Positions 8,466 through 18,279 of a stretch of 43,793 nucleotides of DNA are shown here, one piece after another. Source of the stretch: an uncultured Thiotrichaceae bacterium (lineage in GTDB: Bacteria; Pseudomonadota; Gammaproteobacteria; SZUA-229); assembly GCA_964421315.1 (NCBI GenBank), contig CAYQXD010000004.1:1-43793 (forward strand), given 5' to 3'. The position numbers and the translations under genes are program-made. The notes below the pieces were generated by a model. That model was not told where the DNA came from and made no database searches. It saw only the letters and a list, made by a program, of their open reading frames with translations. Each line of letters begins with the position of its first letter. Position 1 is the stretch's first letter.

Positions 8466-9044
8466 TCAAAACTGGTGTTTTTGCCTAAAATACCCTGTGA
8501 CACTATTAATACGCGATACAGAATCTCTCGACAATAACAAGCGATAATGGCGATAGTCGCAACAGAAATATTGCGTTAAAAAGTATGCGTCTTTCCCGTC
8601 AAACCAGTGGTTTAATGAATAGCGAATAGACTGTTCTATAAGAACCAGGTCTGGGTCTTCAAGTTTTCTTCGTGTCGCGTGAACAGACACCCGCTTCCAT
8701 CCATGCGATAAAGATTGAAGGAATTCATATATGTCTATTAACTCTTTACCATATTTAATCACTCCATCATTTTCTCGTAGACCATTTAATGAATTCAGTG
8801 ATTTTTCATATATTTCTTTCTTCTTGGTATTATCAATCAAGTTCACTTTGGAGAGAGACTGTGAATCATTAAAGCATTTATAACTATTTTCAACCAAAAA
8901 ATAGAAATAATCCCTGCACTGAATTCTACCTTCAACTAGCTTGGTGATCGGCAATAATTGAGTTACTTGAGTTTCTATTCCTTGTTCTATGTTCCACGCT
9001 ATTTTAGATAATTTTATAACTCGCGATTGTTTTTCAGTGTCCAT
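8466..9044 (-). CDS. Hypothetical protein
   Basis: 192-aa ORF with no recognised motif. Confidence 0.55.
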   Translation of the reverse strand: MDTEKQSRVIKLSKIAWNIEQGIETQVTQLLPITKLVEGRIQCRDYFYFLVENSYKCFNDSQSLSKVNLIDNTKKKEIYEKSLNSLNGLRENDGVIKYGKELIDIYEFLQSLSHGWKRVSVHATRRKLEDPDLVLIEQSIRYSLNHWFDGKDAYFLTQYFCCDYRHYRLLLSRDSVSRINSVTGYFRQKHQF

Positions 9045-9073
9045 TTGTTTTACGCCTTGTATGGCTAAATTAA

Positions 9074-9730
9074 TTATATATCAACACTCCACATTGAGAT
9101 AATGCCATACACAAACGCAATCGCTAGTATTGTTTTAATTGGTTTTTTATAGACAACCTTTAATAAATAACCTAAAAAATTACAAACTGATTCTAAAATT
9201 TCTACTGATAATTTTTCAACGACTTTACCAATAACATACACAACCGGAACAGCCAATATTGAGCCAATAATAATCCCTTCTACTCCTACACCAGCCACCA
9301 TAAAACCAATAGCTAAACACATATGTATGCTTATAAGTATACATATCCAAACAACTATTTTAGTTATAAATTTTGAAAGCCCAGTATAATTTTGATTCCG
9401 ACATGTTGAGGTTGAATCTGTGGTCGATAAATCAGGCTTATTATTATAATTAGGGGTGGGGTTATGGGTATGTTTTTGTGAAATACTGTCTATGACTAAC
9501 TCGGCAGCCCCTAAAAAATCCGCCATATCAGGCACGGTATAACCATCTTCATGAACACTTCGATTTCTAATTGTAGCCACTTTCCTTGCAGACTTGATAA
9601 CGGTATAGGGCAATAGTGATTTTACTGATGTTATTTTTTCATGGAGTCCTTTTCCGTCCGCTCCATAATTCAATTCTAATAATCTTTCGATTTTTTTTGA
9701 ATGGTTTAATATCGTTTCAATATCACTCAT
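9074..9730 (-). CDS. Membrane protein with DUF4145-like N-terminal domain
   Basis: GA.GKGLHEKI.S...VATIRNRSVHE motif followed by hydrophobic helices. Confidence 0.6.
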   Translation of the reverse strand: MSDIETILNHSKKIERLLELNYGADGKGLHEKITSVKSLLPYTVIKSARKVATIRNRSVHEDGYTVPDMADFLGAAELVIDSISQKHTHNPTPNYNNKPDLSTTDSTSTCRNQNYTGLSKFITKIVVWICILISIHMCLAIGFMVAGVGVEGIIIGSILAVPVVYVIGKVVEKLSVEILESVCNFLGYLLKVVYKKPIKTILAIAFVYGIISMWSVDI

Positions 9731-9934
9731 ATTTAACTAGCCAGTCGATTACCAGACGGTTCTATATTGTTGGAAAATACGAATACTGGTTATTTTAGGA
9801 GAAAGCAACATTTACCCACAATACTTTTATTCTTTGCCTTCATTTTTGAGAATTCCGGCAGTAATAAAACAGCGCAAAAACCGCGCTGATTGTGGATAAA
9901 TAGTTCAGTGGATGTAAAAAAACCGTTTGTAAAT

Positions 9935-12847
9935 TTAACGACCAATCGTCCTGGAAAAAACACCACTACCAACAAGATCGACCGAAGCAGTCGTATTATT
10001 TACGTTCTGAATGTCGCCGGTATCAATAACACGACTAAAAGTTAAATCAGTATCAATATTCCAGGTAGTCGTTTTATCCAGCTTTTTTACGCTATAACTT
10101 GAAAACCCCGCATGATCGGCTAATTCATTATCATAAAAACGACTTAAAACAGGCAGGCGAATTTTTTTAATAACAGAAATTTCTGTTCTTGGTGGGACTC
10201 TATAGTATCCACTAACAGGCAATATTGTTTGCCCTAATGTCGCATTTAAAACGCTCATGCTTTCAGTGTTAACATTGTAATTAACAATTGTCGTGGCAGT
10301 ATTATTTTTTGGGTATCCGGACTCAATTTCAACGGTTTTTACTATTATAGAATTAAGTTTGTTAATCACATCTTTTGGACGAGACCTGCTAAACAAAGCA
10401 CTACACGCAGATACACCTATATTACTATTTACAACTGAAAACCTAACAGGCGCTGGATAATTACCCGATAGATCACTGAGTTGGCATGTGTAATTTAATA
10501 ATGGAGATATTGATGGAACTGCCGTTATGTCTGATAAATTAGGCGAATCTTTGTAAACGGAATGGTAACTAGAATATTTAGTAGCTGATGGAAAAATTGT
10601 AGCATTATTCAAATTATGCCTTATTTGGTATGTTACCGAAGAAACAGAAGCACCTGATATGTCCCACTTTTCACTAACTTTAGCACGTGCGCTATTAACT
10701 CTGATACCCGTCTCATAAGTATGCGCCACACTATGAAGCTGGTTATCGGTTAAAGATATAAGCAGAGAGCTATTCGATGTGTTTTCAAAACTATAAATTA
10801 CATCGACATGAGAACCATCCATATTGCTACGGCTGGCAAAGGTTGTTGAAGTAAATAACGAATCATCGACTGTTGTAGTGATGGCTATTTCTGGAATGAG
10901 TACGTCAAACCTGACTTCAAAAAACTCTTCAGTAGAGTTTCCAGCATTATCAGTCACTCTAAATGTAACTTTGTGAACATCATTAGTTGTTGTCTGATAC
11001 CAGGTATTACCAAGATACTCTGTCACCATTGGAAAATAATAAAAAAGATTACCTTCAGCAATAGGTGCCGCACCCCAACCAAGAACCTCAATATTATTCA
11101 ACTCGTATTTATATTCAACCACAATATCATCTTGGGAAGTAAAAACGCCTGCGCCTTGTGGGTCTGTTGGCGAGAAACCTAAAAGAACATAACCCTGACC
11201 GTCTAAAGCACCCGTTAATGCAGTACCATTTAAACTGACATTATCAGTGCTAATGCACACCGGATTAATCTTTCCTGACGTTTGATTCAATTGGCGTATA
11301 TCACAAAGATTTAATTGTCCTTGAAAATTAGTAAACCTCGCTTGTGTGTTACCAGGCGTAATAATTGGAAAAATCAAATCCACCCCAACACTAGCCTCAA
11401 CTGTATTCGTATTACCCACCGAATCAGCAATAACAATACTGACTACATTGTCACCAGATAACAAAACAACCTCAGCCGACCAGGTATTCAGGTTTGCATC
11501 AATAACCGCATCAACTCCATTAACAACGATATTGGCCACCGGTGCGCCTTGCTCTGCATAAGTGCCAGTAGCGGTATAATTCTTATTATTAACCAGCAAT
11601 GGCGAAGTCATTGCTACCGTTGGTGAGCTATTGTCAATCACATAATGAAATGTGGTGGTGCTTTCATTATTTAATACATCGGTAGCCACCACGCCGATAG
11701 CTACAATGCCATCGCTATAACTGGTAGTGTTTAATGACATCACCGGATTAGTCACTTGTCCTGCACTGTGAGCAATGCCATTGACAGTGAACATCACGGT
11801 TTTAACACCAATCGGATCGCTCACGGTAAACTTAAGATTAACGATGTCTTTTAGAAAGCTGTCCGGTGCCAGGACTGCGGTGGCAACTGGTCCAACATTA
11901 TCCACTGGCTGCGCAGGCACACCACCAAACACACCATCGGTAGAACTGGCAACTTCATTGGCATAAAGCACAAAAGCATCCACACCAAGCGTGGTCACAT
12001 TACGATCAGATCCCATGATACTTAAAATATGTTGCGCAACCATAGAGCGCAGCGTTTCAACATCTAATGACACAGCGCCAAGCGATAACTGACCCACGCT
12101 GCTACCATTATTAATAAAACCCAAACCGTTAAAAATGCCATCTGCCCCAATATCCTGGCACATTACCTGCGTGGCATAAATGCTGCTATTTTGATTAAAA
12201 CGGTGTGGCAATACGCCGTTGGTAACGGACACTTCTGCGGTATAAGAAGAGATAGCCGCCAGCACTGCGCCATAGCGCAAATTGTCCGTCACCTCAAAAT
12301 TAGCATTATTCGGGTCGGTAATGTCATATGGCTTCGTGCCTAAAATATCAACACCAATTAAACCAGAAAAGACGCTGGTCGATTCGGTAATGGCATTATT
12401 TACATTCACCCCTTGACGTATTTTAGAGTCCGCTAAACACGTGGCTAAATGCGTAAACGATGTCACTTGCACAGTAATATCGCTACCTTGCTCATAAAAC
12501 AGATACGCACGTAGAACCTGACCGGGTATCAAATTAACCGACACACCGGATGCTTCCTCAGTATAACGACCACCGGTTACTTCTATGACAACAGGCCGGT
12601 CTATACTGGTGAAACCGTTAAGCACAAAATCACCTTTATTATCCGTGATCGTTTCAGCAATAAGATCACCCTGGACACCATCATCAAAGGCATACACACG
12701 AAGCGTACCGCCAATAATCACCGCGTCTGTTACCGTGCCATCAATCACACCACTAGGCGCAACCGGAGGCAGTCCACCACTGTTATCACTGCAAGCACTA
12801 ATGCTTAACAAAGATAAAAGCCCAACTATCCATATTAACTTGTTCAT
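9935..12847 (-). CDS. Large lipoprotein with Ig-like repeats, putative surface adhesin
   Basis: Lipobox ...LSISAC; V/T/N/S-rich beta repeats (VVATDVLNN, VIADSVGN, RVTDNAGN). Confidence 0.72.
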   Translation of the reverse strand: MNKLIWIVGLLSLLSISACSDNSGGLPPVAPSGVIDGTVTDAVIIGGTLRVYAFDDGVQGDLIAETITDNKGDFVLNGFTSIDRPVVIEVTGGRYTEEASGVSVNLIPGQVLRAYLFYEQGSDITVQVTSFTHLATCLADSKIRQGVNVNNAITESTSVFSGLIGVDILGTKPYDITDPNNANFEVTDNLRYGAVLAAISSYTAEVSVTNGVLPHRFNQNSSIYATQVMCQDIGADGIFNGLGFINNGSSVGQLSLGAVSLDVETLRSMVAQHILSIMGSDRNVTTLGVDAFVLYANEVASSTDGVFGGVPAQPVDNVGPVATAVLAPDSFLKDIVNLKFTVSDPIGVKTVMFTVNGIAHSAGQVTNPVMSLNTTSYSDGIVAIGVVATDVLNNESTTTFHYVIDNSSPTVAMTSPLLVNNKNYTATGTYAEQGAPVANIVVNGVDAVIDANLNTWSAEVVLLSGDNVVSIVIADSVGNTNTVEASVGVDLIFPIITPGNTQARFTNFQGQLNLCDIRQLNQTSGKINPVCISTDNVSLNGTALTGALDGQGYVLLGFSPTDPQGAGVFTSQDDIVVEYKYELNNIEVLGWGAAPIAEGNLFYYFPMVTEYLGNTWYQTTTNDVHKVTFRVTDNAGNSTEEFFEVRFDVLIPEIAITTTVDDSLFTSTTFASRSNMDGSHVDVIYSFENTSNSSLLISLTDNQLHSVAHTYETGIRVNSARAKVSEKWDISGASVSSVTYQIRHNLNNATIFPSATKYSSYHSVYKDSPNLSDITAVPSISPLLNYTCQLSDLSGNYPAPVRFSVVNSNIGVSACSALFSRSRPKDVINKLNSIIVKTVEIESGYPKNNTATTIVNYNVNTESMSVLNATLGQTILPVSGYYRVPPRTEISVIKKIRLPVLSRFYDNELADHAGFSSYSVKKLDKTTTWNIDTDLTFSRVIDTGDIQNVNNTTASVDLVGSGVFSRTIGR

Positions 12848-12864
12848 TTTTTACCCATCAAATT

Positions 12865-13437
12865 TTAAAAAGTAATGTAAAACCCTGCTTCTATTTTCCC
12901 TAAAACATCATTAACGGGAACAGAGGCACGAAGTGAAAAACCCGTACCATAATCGTCAAACCAGTCCGTATCCACGGTGAAATTAAAATCAACAGCAAGC
13001 CCTGTTTCGCTGGTATCGTCAAAACGCTGCGCTAGAAACCCCTGACTGTCGGCAATAAAGCGATCTTTAAACTCAAGCATCGCAACCGATAAACCCATAC
13101 CCAGCCACGGTTTAAAGTGACGACTTAAACGAAATCTTGATTGATAGATGGCTGCAACTTCAAACCCTGAAACACGTTGACCTATTTTTGTTTGAGAACC
13201 TTCAAAATCAAGCGAATGGTATTGCGCCTGTATCCAATACCGACTGCTGCGCCCTGAGTTGATCACAAGCAAGCCACTTAACGCATTTGCAGCTATTAAA
13301 TTTTCAGAATCACCATCCAGTGTCGATTGATAAACACCAACAACAGGCAGGATGCCATACTCAAAGGTATCGGCACTGGCAAGTGAAGGTAAAAAGAAAA
13401 GAAATGAGGCAAATATCCCTTTAAAATTAATATCCAT
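12865..13437 (-). CDS. Small outer-membrane beta-barrel protein
   Basis: Signal peptide (LASA|D), amphipathic strands, FKPWLGMG, C-terminal aromatic GFYITF. Confidence 0.72.
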   Translation of the reverse strand: MDINFKGIFASFLFFLPSLASADTFEYGILPVVGVYQSTLDGDSENLIAANALSGLLVINSGRSSRYWIQAQYHSLDFEGSQTKIGQRVSGFEVAAIYQSRFRLSRHFKPWLGMGLSVAMLEFKDRFIADSQGFLAQRFDDTSETGLAVDFNFTVDTDWFDDYGTGFSLRASVPVNDVLGKIEAGFYITF

Positions 13438-13526
13438 ATATCTGGTTTTTAGTTGAATGACACGGGTTAACAGCTAACTTGAATTTTATCACAACACTAT
13501 GTGAAGTACACAACTATACAACTAAA

Positions 13527-13901
13527 TTACTGCTTCCCGGTATTAATAAAAGCTCTAAATTGTTTGCAGGTTAAGGTCTTGCCCAGTATTTTATTGGATA
13601 CCTGACTAATCAGGTGATAGTAGGCGGTATGCAATAATGGTTTGCCGCTGTTTTCATAAACAAAAACCAGCCCTTTTGTGTGCGACTCTAAAATCTGTTC
13701 ACGCCACAATGCAATATCTGCTGGCATGGTGATGCTTTTTAATTCATTGACTTTCATGACACACAATTCACCAGGCTGATAACCCAGTGCAAACAAATAT
13801 AAAATCACTTTTTGTCGTGCGCCTTTGCGCACTAAAAAAGGCTGCAATCTATTTAATTGCGCGGCTGATAATGCTTTTTTCTCATTTATTTTTATCGTCA
13901 A
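13527..13901 (-). CDS. Small protein resembling a degenerate tyrosine-recombinase catalytic domain
   Basis: LYLFALGYQPGELCVMKVNEL resembles box I (G.R..E...L) but lacks the Arg; no HxxR or catalytic Tyr; overlaps the virB10 stop. Confidence 0.45.
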   Translation of the reverse strand: MTIKINEKKALSAAQLNRLQPFLVRKGARQKVILYLFALGYQPGELCVMKVNELKSITMPADIALWREQILESHTKGLVFVYENSGKPLLHTAYYHLISQVSNKILGKTLTCKQFRAFINTGKQ

Positions 13902-14977
13902 AATGTTTCCTCAACCCGTAATAATAGAGGTTGCGGTGCAACAAAAATCGTTATCTGGCGTTGGGTTGTGATATCTGAGGCACGTTGCTGATCGTTAATC
14001 ATTGACTGACCGCCTTTACTTAACGATTGCCCAATAAGATGGCTACCGCCAACCTCCCCCAAAATGCCTGAGCCTAACGCCGCTAAACTGGTCGATGCAC
14101 CACGTGTCGCTATTTTACTATCATCAGCATCAATAATGCCATTTAAGCCAGAAATCTTAGACAGGTCGTATATACGCGCTTTTAAGACAAATTCACGCCC
14201 CGATGGAGTAATAGCGTAGGTAGTGATCAAATCAAGGCGCTGCGTGGCACTGTTAAAGCCTTTGTCCGCGAAAAGCTGGGTATCAACCGGTAAAGTGCGC
14301 CGCTTACCATGCACCTCTTGAATCAAATACAGTTCAACATCACCCGGCTCGGCATTATTGACATCGCGCCGCAGCTCTGCCTTTATCCATGTCCCGCGCC
14401 GAATACCAAAATAACGTTTGTTATCTGGTAAAACCGCATCGCTGTAGGCCACTGTTTTTTTTGTAGCCGTGTGAGCATTCGAGGTTGTTTGCTCACCAGA
14501 AGTTGATGTTTGTTGTTGCGCGGGTGCTGACCGGGTATATTTTTGCGAGACCTGACGTTGGTTATTACGCAGATTTTGCGGATGTTCTCGTCTTTGACGT
14601 TGCGGGTTTACCGTTCCGTCTTGTTCACTACTTCTGGAATATTTGCTGGATGGGGATTTTTTATAGGATGCGGTTTCTGCTTGCTTAACCACCTCGTTAT
14701 TTTTACTTTCCTTTATCGGTGGTGTTAACGCATCATCACCAGCCGCCGCCGGTGTTGCATATTGCCGACTCGCACTGTTACCTTTTAACTGTTCAGCCGC
14801 CTTAAGCTGTATCTGATAACGCAGATCATCCAGGTTTAATTGTTGCTCAACCTTGCGCTTATCGGCAGCGCCCTTGTCTGATAATCGAGCAAGTTCTTCT
14901 GGCGTTATCGCAGCTACCGCGCTTGTTGCGACAAACGAAAATAAAGTCATAAATAAAAATAAACGAGACATTACCAA
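13898..14977 (-). CDS. virB10: VirB10/TrbI-like T4SS core protein
   Basis: Low-complexity linker, then GI.RGTWIKAEL...LP.DTQL...SGLNG...ITIFV C-terminal domain; operon position. Confidence 0.7.
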   Translation of the reverse strand: MVMSRLFLFMTLFSFVATSAVAAITPEELARLSDKGAADKRKVEQQLNLDDLRYQIQLKAAEQLKGNSASRQYATPAAAGDDALTPPIKESKNNEVVKQAETASYKKSPSSKYSRSSEQDGTVNPQRQRREHPQNLRNNQRQVSQKYTRSAPAQQQTSTSGEQTTSNAHTATKKTVAYSDAVLPDNKRYFGIRRGTWIKAELRRDVNNAEPGDVELYLIQEVHGKRRTLPVDTQLFADKGFNSATQRLDLITTYAITPSGREFVLKARIYDLSKISGLNGIIDADDSKIATRGASTSLAALGSGILGEVGGSHLIGQSLSKGGQSMINDQQRASDITTQRQITIFVAPQPLLLRVEETF

Positions 14978-15864
14978 ACCGCCTGTATGCTGCCGCCATC
15001 GGTTAATACTTCAAGCATTAACTGCTTGTTGTTATCGAGCTTATTGTTATCAACAACAATCACGCCCGTTGCTAACCCGCGTGGCTCCACCCGTTTAGGA
15101 ATATGTTTAGCGGTATCCAGCGGGATTTTTCTATCACTATTATCATCAATGGCAAACAGTTTGGCATCTTTAATCACCACATGATTAGCGGAGCTGTCAT
15201 TTTCAATATTAAATTTATAGATGGAATATTGCGGATAAGTCAAAACAAGATCGACAAACAACACGGTTTCATCCCCATTTTTTAATTCTAAAACCGCTTC
15301 TTCTTTAATACGGGATGTTTTAGGCTCAGACAGTGCCAACATGCCCACCTTGCCCAGTGCCAGGTTTTCTGAGTCACTGATCAGTTGCGCGCGTTTGTCT
15401 CGATAGGATTGCTCCAGTGCTTTTGTACGTTGTTTAATCGCATGTTGAATTAAGTCCTCACGTGCTTTTTCGCCCATAGTAAAACGCACATCTGTAATGT
15501 GTTTAGCATGTTTTTCTGTTGAGCGCATTTCAATACTGATTTGATAACCTGCAACTGAAATAAAAATATTACCAATATCCTTGTTACTGGCGACATGCTC
15601 AGGCGGAATACTGATGACAAAAAAATTACGCCCTGGCTCACGTTTGACCGGAACAAACACGGTCATGTTTGTATTATTGTTTGTATAAGGGACAAAATCA
15701 TCGTCTTCATCTAACAAAAAAGGAAAGGTGAAGCGTGTGCCGAGTCCTGGATAAAAATGAAGCGTTAATGTGGTTAACGCTTTAAGTTCTACTTCAATAT
15801 TGACGGGTTTTGCAAAGCCATTACCCGATAACATCAGCAAAGCGGTTAAAATAAAAATCCGCAT
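14971..15864 (-). CDS. Putative VirB9/TraK-like secreted core-complex protein
   Basis: Signal peptide, two beta domains joined by a helix; lies between the virB8-like and virB10-like genes. Confidence 0.5.
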   Translation of the reverse strand: MRIFILTALLMLSGNGFAKPVNIEVELKALTTLTLHFYPGLGTRFTFPFLLDEDDDFVPYTNNNTNMTVFVPVKREPGRNFFVISIPPEHVASNKDIGNIFISVAGYQISIEMRSTEKHAKHITDVRFTMGEKAREDLIQHAIKQRTKALEQSYRDKRAQLISDSENLALGKVGMLALSEPKTSRIKEEAVLELKNGDETVLFVDLVLTYPQYSIYKFNIENDSSANHVVIKDAKLFAIDDNSDRKIPLDTAKHIPKRVEPRGLATGVIVVDNNKLDNNKQLMLEVLTDGGSIQAVW

Positions 15865-16502
15865 TATTTAATTTCCCTTTCTTTAATCTTAAACACCTGT
15901 AAACCACGCGTTGATAATGTGGTTCGTGGTTTTAGTTGCATAAACACGGTTAAATCAAAAGGGGTCGCACGTTCCTTGCCATTGCTGTGTCTGACAACAA
16001 TATTACCGCGTAGATGCACCGCCGTCTCCAACCCTTCACGCCGGATAATAATCGGTTGATCGCCACCCCTTGCAAACTTAACACGCGATTGTGTCTCAGC
16101 CTCTTTAATCGCCGTTAGATAACCACTGCGCCGAACACCCGCCAATGTTTCTTTAGCAAAGTCAGCTGCCATCATGTTAATCGCACTGGCATAATCTTCA
16201 AATATCGTCGAACTGTTTACATTCACATAATTGCGCACAAAGTACATCGCGCCCGCCAGGATTTCTTGTTCAGTGCGCTGCGTGGCATCCATAAATTCAA
16301 ACGTGCCTAAAACACGACCGGATTCATCCACCGCAATCACCGGCTCAGGAATAACCCGATCAATAGCAACCATAATAATGTTTATCACTAAAAGGAAAAA
16401 AAACAAGAACCAGCCTAACAAGGAAAAACGTTGCAGGCGGAGCATCATTGAGCCTTGTATGCCGTGCTGAGTGATTAATTCATTCCGATTATTTTTACTC
16501 AT
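15864..16502 (-). CDS. virB8: VirB8/TrbF-like inner-membrane protein
   Basis: Single TM then VIAVDESG, FVRNY, and C-terminal PRT..STRGLQV (NP.GL-like). Confidence 0.68.
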   Translation of the reverse strand: MSKNNRNELITQHGIQGSMMLRLQRFSLLGWFLFFFLLVINIIMVAIDRVIPEPVIAVDESGRVLGTFEFMDATQRTEQEILAGAMYFVRNYVNVNSSTIFEDYASAINMMAADFAKETLAGVRRSGYLTAIKEAETQSRVKFARGGDQPIIIRREGLETAVHLRGNIVVRHSNGKERATPFDLTVFMQLKPRTTLSTRGLQVFKIKEREIK

Positions 16503-17638
16503 TATTTTGCCTTATTCTTTGCTTTATTCTGGCTGATAATCGCGCCACGTCTTGCCTGTCTTGTATTTGCATCCACTGGCGAGTGCTTGCTTTTAGCGTT
16601 GTTGCCCGAAGCATTACCCAACGTTCTTGATGCACTCAATGGCGCACTACCTTTACCTTTAGAACCGGGTTTAGGCTGGTAAAGCGGTACGCTAGCTTTA
16701 ACGCCATCAGCTGCCCCTAAAATTACATTTTTAGTCGTGCTTGTCGCTGCCCTGGCCACACCTCTACCGGCACGTTTAACGGCAGCAACCTGCGCCAATG
16801 CTCCGGCAACAAAAGGCACGACAAAATCACGTCCTACTGCACTATTTGAAATAAACCCATTGGTTAAAAAAGGCACAACAACCACGACAACCGCTAAAAT
16901 AATATTGAGTGTGGTGAACGCCAATAAGAGTGAACCTTGTTCAACTCTTGTATTGCCCGTTGCCCCTGCGGTCATGGTGACTGAAACATCCGTAAACACA
17001 TGAATAACAATACCCATTGCCAGAGATTCAATGATCGGCCAGGCCAGGATGAACGCGGTAAACAATGCCCAGCCTTTCAATAGTGTTAAGCCGCGTGTCA
17101 CTGACATCGGCAGCGCAATTAAGCCCCAGCAAAAAGCCAGGCCATAACCTAAGGCTTGAGCAATATGTAAGAAGGCAATGATTGCCGTGATGGTGATTAA
17201 TGATAAGTAATAAGCCCCTTTTGCAACGCTTTCATAGATACCGGAAACTGCCCAGTTAACAAAGCCAGTATCTTGCGTATTGGTTTCCAGTTGTTCAATC
17301 ATATCGGCCACCTGACTGGTCACTGAACCAATAGAACCAATTTGTGTGAAGTGGCTATACAGTGCGACAAACAACTCATTGACCATGTTACCGGCTGCAA
17401 AATACACGGTTATGGCTAAACCAATCATAATCATGTCACGTACCGCATTTAGCCAACGGCCATTGCTGTTGGTTATATCGAGCGTTTCCTCCAATGTTCT
17501 CACTGCGATGGCAATAACCAGCAAAACTGGTGTAACGTACATAAAAATGCCTTTTGCAATGACTTCTACGCCGCGATAAATAGCAGTCGGCACAATGAGT
17601 GCATTGATCCAGCTAACAATAAAGGTAGCATCTTCCAT
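16502..17638 (-). CDS. virB6: VirB6/TrbL-like polytopic membrane protein
   Basis: Several TM helices with an Ala/Gly-rich basic tail; operon position. Confidence 0.65.
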   Translation of the reverse strand: MEDATFIVSWINALIVPTAIYRGVEVIAKGIFMYVTPVLLVIAIAVRTLEETLDITNSNGRWLNAVRDMIMIGLAITVYFAAGNMVNELFVALYSHFTQIGSIGSVTSQVADMIEQLETNTQDTGFVNWAVSGIYESVAKGAYYLSLITITAIIAFLHIAQALGYGLAFCWGLIALPMSVTRGLTLLKGWALFTAFILAWPIIESLAMGIVIHVFTDVSVTMTAGATGNTRVEQGSLLLAFTTLNIILAVVVVVVPFLTNGFISNSAVGRDFVVPFVAGALAQVAAVKRAGRGVARAATSTTKNVILGAADGVKASVPLYQPKPGSKGKGSAPLSASRTLGNASGNNAKSKHSPVDANTRQARRGAIISQNKAKNKAK

Positions 17639-18279
17639 TACCTGGCTGCCTGGTTAGAAAAGCCACGATAAATATGTTTTGATTTAAAAAAGGCATCACT
17701 ATCACGTTTCATCGCCGCTGCATTTTCTGCTTCTTCGTTTTGTCTGCGCAAATCCTCAGCAGCCATCAGTGCCGCCATTGAGGCAGTTGATTGCGCGGTA
17801 ATTTGTGTACTTTGGCGTTGCGGAATATCGGTGCTGGCTTCTTCTATGTTTTCAACGGCGGCTTCCTGAAATTCAAACATGGCTTTCATGTTTTCCAAGC
17901 GACCAAGTTGATAATCATAAAAACGTCCGGTATTTTTACCGGTGTTTTCCATCACGTTTAGATCGTTGAGCAAACCCTGCATTTTCCATCGACCGCTCGC
18001 ACCCTGTGACGAGTTAAAACCAAACATTTCATTGGCGGCTTTTTTTAAATTAAAATTAACGATGGCATCATATGCCTGCTCCGCTTCATAAATTGTCTGA
18101 TTAATTTCAGCTGCGGTTTTTAAATGATCTTTCGCGTTATCATAAAGCTCAACGGTTTGTTGATACAAGGCGATGACCTGAGCTTCTAATTTTGGATCCC
18201 AGACAATGTCACCCGCACCCAAAACAGCATAAGCGTTGTTAGAAAACAATAATAAAAAAAGGATTTTAATGTGACGCAT
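17638..18279 (-). CDS. VirB5/TrbJ-like minor pilin
   Basis: Signal peptide, G.IVWDP motif, helical coiled-coil body. Confidence 0.6.
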   Translation of the reverse strand: MRHIKILFLLLFSNNAYAVLGAGDIVWDPKLEAQVIALYQQTVELYDNAKDHLKTAAEINQTIYEAEQAYDAIVNFNLKKAANEMFGFNSSQGASGRWKMQGLLNDLNVMENTGKNTGRFYDYQLGRLENMKAMFEFQEAAVENIEEASTDIPQRQSTQITAQSTASMAALMAAEDLRRQNEEAENAAAMKRDSDAFFKSKHIYRGFSNQAAR

